Assembly (NCBI RefSeq): GCF_011601265.1
Contig: NZ_JAAOLX010000017.1
Span: 1 to 32,000, forward strand
DNA from: Iodobacter violaceini
Lineage (GTDB): Bacteria; Pseudomonadota; Gammaproteobacteria; Burkholderiales; Chitinibacteraceae
Reading direction: 5' to 3'
DNA: 32,000 nucleotides
Part shown: in pieces, positions 8,488 through 16,929 of the stretch
How the letters are laid out: each line of letters opens with the position of its first letter
Position numbering within the stretch: the stretch's first letter is position 1
Notes under the pieces: model-generated
Seen by the model: the letters and a program-made list of their open reading frames with translations, nothing else
Told to the model about the DNA's origin: nothing
The model's database searches: none
Translations under genes and position numbers: made by a program

Positions 8488-11400
8488 TTACATTGTCACG
8501 CGTTCTGGCAATGACAGCTTACGTAAACCAGAGAGTTGCAGAGGGTTTACACCACTCACTGCGCGGAAGTTAAAACGGACCACATCCGCATCCCCGGCAT
8601 CTCCCCGACGAATCTTCCAGGTCAGCGTGGCCGAATCGGCATCGTGCTGCTCAACCTGAGCCTGCGCGAGTAAACGCATCCAGCCCATACGCCCCTGCTG
8701 ATTACTTACAACGGCGCTTACACCGCTAAATGCAACGACCTGAATTCTGGCGCCTTGCGTATTGCCTGTGCCTGGCCAGCTGAAGGATTGCCATGGCTGA
8801 GGCCCGTTGCGGTAACGCATTTCCTGGCCATCTACCTCAAACATAATCTCGGACAAGCCCGATGTAGGAATCGCCTGCAGCTCAAACTTAGCACTGGATG
8901 AATCTGCCATCTGGCTGGAAGCCATACTGCTCAGGCGGCCCATTCCAGCCAGAAATGCCGGATTAAAACGAATGCCTAAATTTGCCCATGTGCGCGGCGT
9001 CAGGCTGTCGCCCTTTTGCGTCACCAGGCCATTCAGATACTTTTCAGTAAACTTATCGACCGTGCCTTCTTTCGGTTTTACAAACTTGGCGATATCCGAC
9101 ATAGGCGCTTCATTGGCTGAATCGCTGAATGGATATTTGGCAGAAAGCACTTTCCACTGGCCGTACACTTCTTTTTGCCAAGCCTGATTCAGATCTTTTT
9201 CTACCGGCCCAAGCAGCACGGCGTAAGTCTGGATCAGGGGGCGAACCAGCATTGGCCGCACAATATCGCGCGTTTCTTGTGAAAGTGGTGTAAGCAGTGC
9301 GTTATCCACCTGCTGCAGGGTATCGGCCAGCTCGGAGCCGCTGCCATTTAAAGTGGCCTGAACAAGTGGCCGCGCCTGTGCACCCGGCTCATCGCTGCTG
9401 GCAATCTGATTCATCTTGCCTTTAAGCTTGCCCAGCTGCTCCAGGTAGCTGTTAATCGGCGCAACACCGGCACTATCTGCCTGCACCAGACGGGTAATGC
9501 CCAGGAACTGCTTGCCCACTTCGCCCAGCTCGGCGGCATTAGTGGTGGCGGGCTGATTGCTGCCTTTTAATAAGGCAGTGGTTTTTTCCAGCACAGATTG
9601 CTTGGCGTTTTCCAGCTTGCGTGAAAGCTCGCTTGGGTTATCCCATGCCGTTTCAAATGCAGCGCGGGCCAGAATCAATTTAACCGGCGAATTCTGCATA
9701 TCAGCCAGCTGGCCAATGGCATTACCCGCAAAAGGCAGATCGTTGAAATCACGAATCACCACGCCTTGCAAGAATTTCTTCCACTCGGCCGCGTATTCAA
9801 GACGGTAAAGTGCTTCCAGATCGGCCCGGTTTTTTTCGATATTGCCGTCTTTACCCAGGTTATCCTGCACCGAAGATGCCAGTACCCAGTCATCGCTCTT
9901 CACTTCGCCCTTGCTGGCTTCTTCAATCGAATTGCGAACAAAGTTATCCCATGCTTCGCGGGTAAACGCGCCTGCAACCATCTGGCTGCCGGCAATCACG
10001 TCGCCATTTTTATTGTTCAGAATGCGCGGCACGGTCAGCGGAGCAAAGCGTGTATTAGCACGCGCTTTGATCTCGTTATAAACACGCTCGGTTGCGCTTA
10101 AACGCTTAAGCGAAGCACGCAATACTTCACGTGCAGCAGCCACGGTTTTTTCATCATTAGCAATCAGAGGTAAATCAGGCTCTTTAATCTGGCTTACATA
10201 AAACGCCACCAGTCTTTCTGCCGCAGCCATCACTTCTTCGTTACTGCGGTTGCCTTTATTAGCCTCTAACCAGCTGCGCCAGTAACGCGGAATCTGATCA
10301 GTAAGATGCGCTTCATCCATACGGGAGCGATCATGCAGCATCAGGTAAGTTTTCAGCGCGTTATAGCCCTGATCCAGCTTAGGCTGAGCAGCAGGCGCTT
10401 CTGCAGTTTCTTTTGCTGTTAATGCCGTAGCACGCTGAGGAATATGCCATGCGCTCAGCTGGATATTGGGCAAACCCTTTTTATGCGGTGCAGGTGCACG
10501 TTTTTTAACCGGCTCTTTGACAGGCTCAGCCGCTTTAGGCTCAGGCGTTGGTGTTGGAGCGGGTGTTGGTGTGGGCGTTACAGCCGCAGGCTTTGGAGCC
10601 TCTGGCACGGGCGCAGGCTCGGCCACTTTATTAGAAGCCAGCTGCTCAAGAGACAGCTCCAGATTCTTTTTCACCGGAACCAGCATCGATTCCTTCAGGC
10701 CTGCAAAATATTCTTTGCGCAGCGCGATTTCCAGCTCTTTACCCTGATAAAGACCCAGACCCACCTGCCACGGATGGCCGTCTTTGCGATAAGACTGTAA
10801 TTCTTCAATCCGTTTTTGCAAGATGCCCAGCGACATCAGCTTGTCGTACAGCTGGCCGGACGACGCCAGTTTTTGTGCGGCAACACGATCATTTGCCACG
10901 CTGGCCATCAGCTTTTGATTACCAATATACGACCATGTCCAAAGCCCGGCACACAGCGCCAGACCAGACAGACCCGCCAGCATACCGGCCAGACGCCAGC
11001 GGCTGCCAGCCGGGCGTGTCTGGCGTGACACCAAATGCTGATCCGGGAAAACAACTTCTCTGAATAAATCGCGCAGGAAATAGCTGTACGAAGCGGGCGC
11101 CTGGCGCGCATCAAAGCCCTGACGGCTTAAATCAAACTGATTGGATACATGAGTTGCGGCACCAATACGCGGCACCCCTTCCTGCAAAGCGCTGGAGAAA
11201 TAAAAGCCGCGCAGCAATGGGCGTGCATGGTAAGGGTCTTCTTCCTGCAACAGCTTTACAAACTTGGCAACGGCTTCTTTAAGCGCATGAAACTCGATAG
11301 GGAAGGCAAAAAACGCGGGTTTATTCTGATTGCCGCGATGCGCAGCCAGTTTTTCTTCACCAATTTGCACGAGACCACGGTACATCGCATCAAACTGCAT

Positions 11401-12297
11401 GCTGACCACATGGCTGGCATCAAAGCCAGAGCCCTGCTCGGCGCTCAGAGTGGCACCCCATACGCGGTGACGCTCTTCTTCTGGCATTTCTTCAAAAAAC
11501 TGCGAAAAACCGCCCAATAAATCAAGCTTGGTAAAGATCAGATAAATCGGCACCTGCAAGCCAAAAGTGGCTTCAATTTCATGGATACGCTCACGAATCT
11601 GGCGGGCGTAAAGCGCAAAGCCTTCAGAATTGTGCTGCGCCAGCTCAGGCAGGCTGATGGTCACCAAAATACCGTTAACCGGTGCTTTTGAGCGGTGACG
11701 CTTTAATAATTTTAAAAACTCCAGCCACTCCACGCGATCTTCTGTCTGCGTGGCATAGCGCCCAGCTGTATCCAGCAACACGCCTTCGGTAGAAAAAAAC
11801 CAATCGCAATTACGCGTACCGCCCACGCCCTGCACACCTGCTTTATCGCTAAACGGAAAAGTCAGGCCGGATTGCAAAATAGCCGAGCTTTTACCTGCAG
11901 CAGGATGGCCGATGATCATATACCAGGGCAATTCATACAGCGCCGCATTACCGCGCGATTTACCCAGCTGTGACGTTTTAAGCGTATCAATCGCACCCAG
12001 CATGCGCTGACGCAGAAGATTCACCTCAGCACGCTTATCTACGCTGGCCCCAATCACGGCATCATCTGCTTGCTTGAGCAGCATTTTTTCGATCAGGCCC
12101 CCCGCACGATTTGCAATTAATTTGCCAACCATGAGGGTAAAGACCCACAGCAGCATCACAGCGAAGATCCAGCCAAAGCGAACCTCTGCTGTTTTCAGAC
12201 CAAACCATGGACCTAAAAACCAGATCAAAGCAATCAGAATTAAAAAACCGATTGCTGACGTGACTTTGGCGTTACGCAGCCAATGCTTCATGAACAT
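8488..12297 (-). CDS. tssM: TssM (IcmF) membrane-complex protein
   Basis: 1269 aa with N-terminal TM helices and a Walker A motif GHPAAGKSS (nt ~11887-11910). A third TM lies around aa 435-457, followed by a large periplasmic IcmF-like C-terminal region. GGAG lies 4 nt upstream of ATG 12297. Confidence 0.95.
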   Translation of the reverse strand: MFMKHWLRNAKVTSAIGFLILIALIWFLGPWFGLKTAEVRFGWIFAVMLLWVFTLMVGKLIANRAGGLIEKMLLKQADDAVIGASVDKRAEVNLLRQRMLGAIDTLKTSQLGKSRGNAALYELPWYMIIGHPAAGKSSAILQSGLTFPFSDKAGVQGVGGTRNCDWFFSTEGVLLDTAGRYATQTEDRVEWLEFLKLLKRHRSKAPVNGILVTISLPELAQHNSEGFALYARQIRERIHEIEATFGLQVPIYLIFTKLDLLGGFSQFFEEMPEEERHRVWGATLSAEQGSGFDASHVVSMQFDAMYRGLVQIGEEKLAAHRGNQNKPAFFAFPIEFHALKEAVAKFVKLLQEEDPYHARPLLRGFYFSSALQEGVPRIGAATHVSNQFDLSRQGFDARQAPASYSYFLRDLFREVVFPDQHLVSRQTRPAGSRWRLAGMLAGLSGLALCAGLWTWSYIGNQKLMASVANDRVAAQKLASSGQLYDKLMSLGILQKRIEELQSYRKDGHPWQVGLGLYQGKELEIALRKEYFAGLKESMLVPVKKNLELSLEQLASNKVAEPAPVPEAPKPAAVTPTPTPAPTPTPEPKAAEPVKEPVKKRAPAPHKKGLPNIQLSAWHIPQRATALTAKETAEAPAAQPKLDQGYNALKTYLMLHDRSRMDEAHLTDQIPRYWRSWLEANKGNRSNEEVMAAAERLVAFYVSQIKEPDLPLIANDEKTVAAAREVLRASLKRLSATERVYNEIKARANTRFAPLTVPRILNNKNGDVIAGSQMVAGAFTREAWDNFVRNSIEEASKGEVKSDDWVLASSVQDNLGKDGNIEKNRADLEALYRLEYAAEWKKFLQGVVIRDFNDLPFAGNAIGQLADMQNSPVKLILARAAFETAWDNPSELSRKLENAKQSVLEKTTALLKGSNQPATTNAAELGEVGKQFLGITRLVQADSAGVAPINSYLEQLGKLKGKMNQIASSDEPGAQARPLVQATLNGSGSELADTLQQVDNALLTPLSQETRDIVRPMLVRPLIQTYAVLLGPVEKDLNQAWQKEVYGQWKVLSAKYPFSDSANEAPMSDIAKFVKPKEGTVDKFTEKYLNGLVTQKGDSLTPRTWANLGIRFNPAFLAGMGRLSSMASSQMADSSSAKFELQAIPTSGLSEIMFEVDGQEMRYRNGPQPWQSFSWPGTGNTQGARIQVVAFSGVSAVVSNQQGRMGWMRLLAQAQVEQHDADSATLTWKIRRGDAGDADVVRFNFRAVSGVNPLQLSGLRKLSLPERVTM
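10477..10623 (-). repeat. Pro/Thr/Ala/Lys-rich low-complexity linker inside TssM periplasmic domain, encoded by short imperfect tandem DNA units
   Basis: aa ~559-607: AEPAPVPEAPKPAAVTPTPTPAPTPTPEPKAAEPVKEPVKKRAPAPHKK. The plus-strand DNA shows reiterated ggtgttgg/ggcgttgg units. Confidence 0.8.
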
Positions 12298-12326
12298 GAA
12301 TCTCCATACAAAATGAAATACAAAAA

Positions 12327-13184
12327 TTACTTATTTCGCAACATGGCGGCCAGAGAGCCCGCCTTTTCGATATGCCCATAGTCTTTAAATGACCAAACTC
12401 CGCCCCACGTCAGCCCCGCAGCAACGGCTTCTTCCCCCAAAGCCTGATAGGCAGCAAATGCCCATGGATCACGCTCTGAAATAATAATTTTTCCATCTTT
12501 CATCGGCGCAAGATCAACCGCCAAACCGTATTGGTGCTTGCTCTGCCCGCCTTTTGCCTTAGTCACCACATTCGCCTGCGAGATCAGATCATCCTGGCGC
12601 TCCGGGCTTCGGTAGCCTTCAAGCAGCGCCAAGGGATAACCCCGCTCCGTCATTTTTTTCATAATCTGTAAAACCGTCTGCACAAACTGCGGATCAAGCT
12701 GGCTCCAGTCCCGGTTGGCTGTAGCTAAACCAGGACGCGCAGCTGCAGCTGCAGCACTGATAAATACTTCCGGAGGCAATGCGGGTGGCGGCTCAAGCCT
12801 GGCTTCTGTAAACGTGCCTTGTATATGAGCAACCTGGCTATATTCCTGGGGCAAGAATGGTGCAATAACATGCCGGGAATTGAAATGCAGCGTTATACCG
12901 ACAACAGCTAAAACCAGAATCAGACTGGCTAATGGCAATAGCGTTAATTTCGCTTTTTTATGTAATGAAAATCTACTTAATAACGATACTTTCTGCTTTG
13001 GTTTATCGGGTAAAATACTTACAATATCTTTTCTCTTCTTTTTTGTTGCATCAGAGCCACCTGCGGGTTTTACCTTATTTTCAGTCTGAACAGTGCTTAC
13101 GCTGGTCCCACGAACAAAAAATCGCCAGCCAACCCATGCCAAAGCCAAAAATATTACTATTAAAATCATGATGATAGCAAACAA
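12327..13184 (-). CDS. Membrane-anchored peptidase M15 (VanY/Peptidase_M15_4-like) peptidoglycan hydrolase, TagX-like
   Basis: The N-terminal TM (ILIVIFLALAWVGWRFF) is followed by a second hydrophobic helix. The C-terminal domain contains GYRSPERQ...SKHQYGLAVDL...GLTWGGVWSFKDYGHIE, matching the Zn-binding S.H..G.A.D ... wGG.W...D..H motif set of M15 LD/DD-peptidases. The start is TTG 13184 or ATG 13169. Confidence 0.7.
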   Translation of the reverse strand: MFAIIMILIVIFLALAWVGWRFFVRGTSVSTVQTENKVKPAGGSDATKKKRKDIVSILPDKPKQKVSLLSRFSLHKKAKLTLLPLASLILVLAVVGITLHFNSRHVIAPFLPQEYSQVAHIQGTFTEARLEPPPALPPEVFISAAAAAARPGLATANRDWSQLDPQFVQTVLQIMKKMTERGYPLALLEGYRSPERQDDLISQANVVTKAKGGQSKHQYGLAVDLAPMKDGKIIISERDPWAFAAYQALGEEAVAAGLTWGGVWSFKDYGHIEKAGSLAAMLRNK

Positions 13185-13398
13185 AACCCGAACCCCAGAT
13201 ACTTACTAAGATGTTATTCTACATTTAAGCAGGGCAAAAGCATAACTCATGATCATATTTTACTAACATGCCTTATTCCCCATGCACACATCCTTTTCTC
13301 GTGATATATATCTCTACCTTGAGGGCATAATTCCTTTTTTTTATCCCTCCTTACCATGCCATTTTTAAACCATTTTTTATTTAGAAAACACAAAGACG
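13185..13398. promoter_or_regulatory. Divergent intergenic region between the tagX-like/tssM operon and the tssJKLE operon (promoters expected, none pinpointed)
   Basis: A 214-bp AT-rich non-coding gap between divergently oriented first genes. I could not identify a convincing sigma70 or sigma54 consensus by eye. Confidence 0.4.
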
Positions 13399-13962
13399 AT
13401 GCTCATTCATTCACTTAAAAAACACGCCAAAGTGGCATTGGTTGTTTCCAGCCTGCTTCTGCTTTCTGCCTGCGCCAGCAGCGGCCCGAAACCCTTCAAA
13501 ATTCAGGGCGAAGCAGACCCTTCCCTCAACCGGGACAGCAGCGGCAGACCGCTTTCCCTGGTACTGAGGATGTACCAGCTGAAGGGACATGAAGAATTCA
13601 ACCGCCTGACATTTGACTCACTGGTCAGCGGAAAATCAGATGCAGAATTACTGGGCAACTCGCTCATTTCACAAAATGAATTTGTGCTGCTGCCAGGAAA
13701 AACACTCACTCTGGACGACAAAATTACCCCTGAAACCAAGTTTCTGGGCGTCGTTGGCTTCTTTCGCAAGCCTGACTCCCAGCTCTGGCGTGTACTGGTG
13801 AATGCAGAAGATGTGCGGGACGAAAAAGAATTCAGCATCAAAGCGCAAGATTGCTATCTGCAGGTGATTCATCCCAAAGCCCAGCTTATTCCTGGCCAGC
13901 CAGCGAGTTTTAAGGCGGACTGCGGCTTTATCAGCAAAAAACCAGCCCTGAAAACTAAATAA
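13399..13962 (+). CDS. tssJ: TssJ outer-membrane lipoprotein
   Basis: It has a signal peptide with lipobox LLSAC. NRDSSGRPLSLVLRMYQLKGHEEFNRLTFDSL matches the TssJ/VasD pattern (lN.d..GrpsPl.vriYqLk....F). It lies upstream of tssK-tssL. Confidence 0.85.
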   Translation: MLIHSLKKHAKVALVVSSLLLLSACASSGPKPFKIQGEADPSLNRDSSGRPLSLVLRMYQLKGHEEFNRLTFDSLVSGKSDAELLGNSLISQNEFVLLPGKTLTLDDKITPETKFLGVVGFFRKPDSQLWRVLVNAEDVRDEKEFSIKAQDCYLQVIHPKAQLIPGQPASFKADCGFISKKPALKTK

Positions 13963-14011
13963 CTATTGTGGCCCGCTGCCGGAGCGGCGGCTTGCCGGAG
14001 TCTTAACACCT

Positions 14012-15361
14012 ATGTTGAAAGCCAAACGTGTTTTATGGGGCGAAGGGATGTTCCTTCGCCCGCAGCATTTCCAGCAGCAGTCTTTATTGCAGGATTATCA
14101 ACAGGCTGAAACGCGGCAGTTGCTCAGCCGCCACAGCTGGGGCTTGCAGAAGTTTCAGATTGACGAAGTTGCCCTGCGCGGCGGCCAGGTTCGCTTAGAT
14201 TCACTCTCGCTTTTATTCAGGGATGGCAGCCTGTTTCAGGCCCCGCAATCCGAGCCGCTGCCCTTATCCCGTAATCTGAATGATTTGCCGCAAGTGGGTG
14301 TGAGCACCACACTTTATGCCTGCCTTGCCGAGCTGCAACCCTATGGCGGCAACACGCAAAGCAATGAAAATACCGCATCGCGCTCTACCCGCTACCGCAG
14401 CGCCCATCAGGGTGTGGCCGATTTGTACACGCAGGCGCTGGAAGCCGATCTCACCACGCTGGAGCTGGATGTCCGCCTGATGGTGGAAGAAGAAAACCGC
14501 GATGGTTATGAAGCAGTTCCACTCGGTAAATTAGTGAAGGACGCCACAGGCCAGTGGTCTTTGGGGGCCGGTTTTTACCCGCCCTCCACCACCGTCAGCG
14601 CCATTCCTGAGCTCAGCCAGAATCTGCGCCGCTTATTGGATATTTTGCTGGTTAAAAGCCAGGCACTGGCCGGTGCTCACCGCGAGCGCGCTAAAAATGT
14701 GATGGAATACGGCACCACCGACATCGCCTCCTTCTGGCTGCTGCACACGGTGAACCGCAACTTTGCCCGCATCAATCACTTGGTTAAGTGTGAGCCACTT
14801 CACCCTGAAGAGCTTTATCGGGCCCTTGCCGAATTCTGTGGCGAATTGCAGACATTCTCATCGGTTTACACCCTGGCCGATATTCCGCCTTACCGCCACG
14901 AAGCCCTGCACGACAGCCTGCTGGTGCTGGATGTACAGATCCGTGAATTGCTCGATACCGTGATTTCAGCGCGTTACGCTGTGATCCCGCTCACATCACC
15001 TAAGCCTTCATTCCATATTGGCCGCCTGGAAAGTGATCGCTTCCTTGAGAATGTTGACTTCTATCTGTCGATTCAAAGCGAGCAATCGTCATCCAGCATC
15101 ATTGAAACTGTGCCGCTTAAATTTAAAATTGGCGCGCCGGACGATGTGGATAAGATTTTGAACTCGGCCATGCGCGGTGTCAGCATGTCCTATGCGGCGC
15201 AAACGCCTTCGGCTATTCCAATCCGCGTGGGCAATCATTATTTTGCCTTTGAGCCTAAGGGCGATATTTATCAACGCATGCTGCAATCGCGCAGTATTTG
15301 TATTTATGTTCCGCAATCGCTGTCGGATTTAAAACTAGAGCTGATTGCAGTCTTTCGCTGA
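14012..15361 (+). CDS. tssK: TssK baseplate protein
   Basis: 449 aa; the N-terminal RVLWGEGMFLRPQHFQQQ is the hallmark TssK motif. Confidence 0.9.
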   Translation: MLKAKRVLWGEGMFLRPQHFQQQSLLQDYQQAETRQLLSRHSWGLQKFQIDEVALRGGQVRLDSLSLLFRDGSLFQAPQSEPLPLSRNLNDLPQVGVSTTLYACLAELQPYGGNTQSNENTASRSTRYRSAHQGVADLYTQALEADLTTLELDVRLMVEEENRDGYEAVPLGKLVKDATGQWSLGAGFYPPSTTVSAIPELSQNLRRLLDILLVKSQALAGAHRERAKNVMEYGTTDIASFWLLHTVNRNFARINHLVKCEPLHPEELYRALAEFCGELQTFSSVYTLADIPPYRHEALHDSLLVLDVQIRELLDTVISARYAVIPLTSPKPSFHIGRLESDRFLENVDFYLSIQSEQSSSSIIETVPLKFKIGAPDDVDKILNSAMRGVSMSYAAQTPSAIPIRVGNHYFAFEPKGDIYQRMLQSRSICIYVPQSLSDLKLELIAVFR

Positions 15362-15370
15362 GAGTAAAAA

Positions 15371-16066
15371 ATGAGTTTAACCGCTAACACAGAAGCGCAC
15401 CCACTGGCCGTTGCCAAACCATCCGCCCCCAGCCTGCGCGAATTGCTGGAAGACGGCATTTATCTGCTGTTTTTACTACGGGACGGCAATGCCCCAAGCA
15501 GCGCAGCCGAATTCAACCGCCGCGTGGATCATTTCCTCGCCCAGTTTGAAAAAAATGCCCGCAACTTTGGCAAAGAAGTCCCCAATATCAGCGAAGCCAA
15601 ATACGCTTTTTGTGCGCTGATGGATGAAATTATTCTTTCATCCGAATTCAGCCTGCGCGAAGAATGGGAACGGATGCCTTTGCAATTACGCATTTTTGGT
15701 GAGCATCTGGCCGGTGAAGGTTTCTTTGATCGTCTGGAAGTCTTGCGCCGCGATCCAAACAATAATTTCGAGGCCATGGAAGTCTTCCATACCTGCCTGT
15801 TACTGGGCTTTCAGGGCAAATATCTGCTGGAAGGCCAGGAAAAACTGGGCTATTTAACCGCCCGCGTAGGCCAGGAAATCCAGCAAGTCAGAGGCGGCAA
15901 AGCAGAATTTGCCCCGAACTGGAAGCTGCCACAGCGCTTTCAGGCCTTTGTGCGCCACGAGCTGCCGCTCTGGCTGTACTTCGCCCTGCTGGCCCTGGTA
16001 GGTGCCGGGCTGTTTATTGCCTATCGCTTTTTACTGGCTCAGGAATTAAGCAAGGTGATTGCTTAA
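15371..16066 (+). CDS. tssL: TssL (DotU-like) membrane protein, no C-terminal peptidoglycan-binding extension
   Basis: 231 aa; AKYAFCALMDEIIL...GEGFFDRLEVLRRDPNNNFEAMEVFHTCLLLGFQGKY matches the DotU core. A single C-terminal TM (LWLYFALLALVGAGLFIAYRFLL) is followed by only 11 residues. Confidence 0.85.
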   Translation: MSLTANTEAHPLAVAKPSAPSLRELLEDGIYLLFLLRDGNAPSSAAEFNRRVDHFLAQFEKNARNFGKEVPNISEAKYAFCALMDEIILSSEFSLREEWERMPLQLRIFGEHLAGEGFFDRLEVLRRDPNNNFEAMEVFHTCLLLGFQGKYLLEGQEKLGYLTARVGQEIQQVRGGKAEFAPNWKLPQRFQAFVRHELPLWLYFALLALVGAGLFIAYRFLLAQELSKVIA

Positions 16067-16114
16067 AAAGATGACAAGAGCGGGTTAAACCCAATCCTGT
16101 CTGCTTAATAAAAT

Positions 16115-16168
16115 TTGCAGCCTGGGGCAGCCATCAATCAGCAAAAAAACGGCTGGCCCAAGCTGCAA
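16115..16168. repeat. Imperfect 18-nt inverted repeat (16/18) with 18-nt loop in tssL-tssE spacer
   Basis: The arms are ttgcagcctggggcagcc (16115-16132) and ggctggcccaagctgcaa (16151-16168). Confidence 0.4.
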
Positions 16169-16238
16169 AAGCATCATGCCCCGCAGATTTTGCTTAAGCA
16201 CTACGACAAATCGCGTAAAAAATTAAACAGGCCATTGT

Positions 16239-16724
16239 ATGAGCACGCCCCGCCGCCAAACCCTTACCCTGCCGTCTGTACTTGACCGGCTGCTGGATAA
16301 CGAGCCGGATATCAGCCACGCATCCTCGGCCATGCTCTTTGAGCTGCCGCAGTTTCGCCGGGCGCTGGCGCGCGATTTAGAAGCGCTGCTCAATACGCGG
16401 ATTATGGATTTACCCGAAACGTTTGAAGCCTATCCGCTGGCCACAGATTCGATGCTGCTGTTTGGTATTCCGGATTTATCCGGCATCAGCCTGCTGAACC
16501 CGGACGACAGAGAAATGCTGCGCGATCGCTTACGCCGCGCCATCGAGCGGCACGAGCCGCGCTTAAGCCGCGTAAAAATCAGCCTGGATGCCCCGCGCGA
16601 ATTAGAGCGGCATTTGCGCTTCAGGGTGGATGCCGTGCTGAAAGTACATCCGCACCGCCCCCCGGTTAGTTTTGATGCCACTTTGCAACTCTCGTCCAAT
16701 GTTTACCGTATTCAGGACAGATAA
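16239..16724 (+). CDS. tssE: TssE (gp25-like) baseplate protein
   Basis: 161 aa; LPSVLDRLLDNEPD and LARDLEALLNTR are typical of the TssE/gp25 family. Confidence 0.85.
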   Translation: MSTPRRQTLTLPSVLDRLLDNEPDISHASSAMLFELPQFRRALARDLEALLNTRIMDLPETFEAYPLATDSMLLFGIPDLSGISLLNPDDREMLRDRLRRAIERHEPRLSRVKISLDAPRELERHLRFRVDAVLKVHPHRPPVSFDATLQLSSNVYRIQDR

Positions 16725-16918
16725 CCGCCAAATGGCCGGGCGTAGCATTGCCTGTTTAAGCGTCATCCAATGTTTACCGTATTCAAGTTAGCTATGCAGA
16801 AACATATGCTGTGGGCCTTTCGTGGCAAATAAGCAGCGCAGCGCCTGCGCTGCAGCCTTATTTGCTGCCAGCTTGTGCCTGCCACCCCATATTTACCGTA
16901 TTTAAGATCGATAACCGG
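16695..16918 (+). repeat. Three direct copies of the tssE 3' end (copy 0 = real gene end 16695-16728; copy 1 16766-16787; copy 2 16886-16918)
   Basis: Copy 0 is tccaatgtttaccgtattcaggacagataaccg and copy 1 is tccaatgtttaccgtattcaag (21/22). Copy 2 is cccatatttaccgtatttaagatcgataaccg (~26/33, and it includes the TAA). Confidence 0.8.
16825..16865. repeat. GC-rich compound hairpin (9 bp + 8 bp stems) between tssE-end copies 1 and 2
   Basis: gcaaataag/cttatttgc encloses cagcgcag-cgc-ctgcgctg. There is no flanking T-run, so it looks REP-like rather than a classic terminator. Confidence 0.5.
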
Positions 16919-16929
16919 AACCTTCTTCT

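Noticed and set aside
8477-8659. Possible tssM-tagF fusion or overlapping small plus-strand ORF at the junction
   Set aside because: tssM ends with a clean stop at 8488-8490 and tagF starts at ATG 8478 in a different frame. The 60-aa plus-strand ORF is antisense to the TssM C-terminus and has no supporting features.
13185-13398. Sigma-54 (TGGCAC-N5-TTGC) or clear sigma-70 promoter in the divergent intergenic region
   Set aside because: I scanned by eye and found only weak partial matches (e.g. gggcataattcc), with the wrong spacing for the GG/GC elements. There is not enough support to call a site.
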